In this document: in pieces, positions 16,009-17,526 of the stretch | How positions within the stretch are numbered: position 1 is the stretch's first letter | How the letters are laid out: each line of letters opens with the position of its first letter | Assembly: GCA_016839815.1 (NCBI GenBank) | Contig: JAEOTM010000067.1 | Location: 1 to 17,526 of the forward strand | DNA from: Candidatus Hodarchaeota archaeon | Lineage (GTDB): Archaea; Asgardarchaeota; Heimdallarchaeia; Hodarchaeales; Hodarchaeaceae | DNA length: 17,526 nucleotides | Direction: 5' to 3' | Translations under genes and position numbers: made by a program | Notes under the pieces: generated by a model | Told to the model about the DNA's origin: nothing | Databases searched by the model: none | The model's input: the letters and a program-made list of their open reading frames with translations, nothing else

Positions 16009-17121
16009 TTGGTCGGAAGAAATGTTTATATCTCCGTTTTTCTTACGGGATTGGTCTTTGCAATCTTAAGCCAAATTGCTAACCCGGAAACTACGGCCTC
16101 TATCACACTAATTTATATTTCAATTGTAAGTATCTTATTGATTAAGCTCATAGACGAATGGCGTTATTATCGTTCATATAATGCCCCTCTTGCATCAGCC
16201 ATTTTTGTTACCGTACCTGCTGTAATTGCAATTGGGGGATCTCTAATTGCGTTTTCCGCAACATTAGGAGATCAAGAAAATTTTCTACAGAATTTATTGA
16301 TAGAGATGAGTCTGAATTTAGAAGTACTCCAATTAGAGTCTTTTTATCTATATCTAAACTTATTTAGTTTATTCTTCTGTTTACCTTTCTTCATCATTCT
16401 ATCAATCGTATTTAGACGATACTATTCAGGACGGTATCCTAATATTTTCATTTATAGACGTCGATTTCCATCCGAGTCATTAATTGCCCTTAATGTTGGT
16501 ATTCTGATAATCTTTATAGTTTTCTGGTTTGATCAAAAAACAATAGAGATTAGTTCTTTATTATTCCTACTCTTCACTATTCTGACCTTTATTCAAAATT
16601 ATATTATGAAATTCGTCATCATCCCATTTAGACGTAGTCCTAGGCCTTCAAGAAGTGAATCCTTTACACGAAGAAGATCAACTAGTCCTTCACAGGTTTC
16701 TAGGACAACTACTCAATCGAATTCACGAATCTCTCCCACCAGTAGATCTCAAAATGCTATTAGAAGCACTCCACGAAGATCGACGATCCATATAGCGCCA
16801 CCAGTCCAAGTTACAAGAAGAAAAAAACGAAAATTGACCCCTGCACTTATAGCGAGCTTAACCCCAGCAGGTCAGAATATTACAATGGAAAATTTTCGCT
16901 GCATTCAATGCTATGAATATCTAACTGACACCGAAAGACAAGTTGTCATCTGTCCTCACTGTAAACATCCCAGTCATGCAGATGAGTTTCAGAAATGGCT
17001 GGAAGTTTCCAATATTTGTAGTCGGTGTAATAAACCAATTAATACAGTAAAAATGATCAGGATTTCGGGGCCGAGTTATCAGAAAATAATTCAAATGTTT
17101 CGGAAGAAGTACAACAATTAA
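16009..17121 (+). CDS. Polytopic membrane protein with C-terminal RING-H2-like finger (putative E3 ligase)
   Basis: About 6 hydrophobic helices (aa 1-207), Arg/Ser-rich linker, then CIQC-x13-CPHCKHPSHADEFQKWL-x5-CSRC. TTG start, exact start uncertain. Confidence 0.82.
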   Translation: MVGRNVYISVFLTGLVFAILSQIANPETTASITLIYISIVSILLIKLIDEWRYYRSYNAPLASAIFVTVPAVIAIGGSLIAFSATLGDQENFLQNLLIEMSLNLEVLQLESFYLYLNLFSLFFCLPFFIILSIVFRRYYSGRYPNIFIYRRRFPSESLIALNVGILIIFIVFWFDQKTIEISSLLFLLFTILTFIQNYIMKFVIIPFRRSPRPSRSESFTRRRSTSPSQVSRTTTQSNSRISPTSRSQNAIRSTPRRSTIHIAPPVQVTRRKKRKLTPALIASLTPAGQNITMENFRCIQCYEYLTDTERQVVICPHCKHPSHADEFQKWLEVSNICSRCNKPINTVKMIRISGPSYQKIIQMFRKKYNN

Positions 17122-17139
17122 ACAGGGTTTGAATCGATT

Positions 17140-17526
17140 ATGGCTATACGGCATTCTATCGCTTGGTTTATCATGCTTATTGGTGTATCGGCAACAATAT
17201 TCTTTTTTATACAAGATGATGATGCATTAGCTCTTAATATTCTATTTCTATCAATCTATACAGCCATCACAATTCTTTATTTCTTACGAATATTTTATTA
17301 TGTAGATCATCATGCATCATTAAACGAAATCTATTTTCTCTCTCTGGCCAACATCATTCCACTGGTAATTATCCTCGTAAGTCCCTATTTTCCAATATTT
17401 GAAGAAGTTCTACTCTCTTTTGAAGTAAATATGTTACCCTCGAATGAATATATTGAACTTCAGATCGCAGTGACTTCACTACTCGCTTTTCCTTATTTAG
17501 TGGTTTCCACTGCATTGTTAATCAGA
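17140..17526 (+). CDS. Membrane protein, partial (runs off the right edge); apparent paralog of the TM domain of the upstream RING protein
   Basis: Manual translation gives 129 open codons from ATG 17140: MAIRHSIAWFIMLIGVSATIFFFIQDDDALALNILFLSIYTAITILYFLRIFYYVDHHASLNEIYF...SLLAFPYLVVSTALLIR. Starts 18 nt after the RING stop; not in the ORF track. Confidence 0.8.
   Translation, partial: MAIRHSIAWFIMLIGVSATIFFFIQDDDALALNILFLSIYTAITILYFLRIFYYVDHHASLNEIYFLSLANIIPLVIILVSPYFPIFEEVLLSFEVNMLPSNEYIELQIAVTSLLAFPYLVVSTALLIR

Noticed and set aside
12501-17214. Antisense ORFs 12501-12713, 12999-13232, 13435-13665, 14642-14845 and 16921-17214
   Set aside because: Opposite confident genes of the Ubl cluster; no independent support.

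Overview
AT-rich archaeal DNA, most likely from an Asgard archaeon (Heimdallarchaeia/Hodarchaeales-like). This is inferred from tailless HMf-type histones, GGTGA-type ribosome-binding sites, a longin-like protein and a eukaryote-style ubiquitin cluster. The left part holds two tandem histone genes with homologous promoters, a frameshifted L-lactate permease, a membrane protein with a C-terminal HEPN-like domain, a SAM methyltransferase, a large membrane-anchored protein, an MFS transporter, a longin/uDENN-like protein, a small 3-TM protein, a cell-surface protein and a Bcp peroxiredoxin. The main feature is at 11.8-17.5 kb. A tandem ribbon-helix-helix regulator is transcribed divergently, across a 9 x 9-bp repeat array, from an apparently complete ubiquitin-like conjugation cluster. 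The cluster encodes two paralogous modifiers that end in single-glycine STAG rather than GG, carry acidic N-terminal tails and mix UFM1-like and ubiquitin-like features. It also encodes a UBA3-like E1, an E2 with two insertions, an Rpn11/CSN5-like JAMM protease, a polytopic membrane RING E3, and a second paralogous membrane protein cut off by the window edge. All assignments come from manual motif reading; no searches were run.
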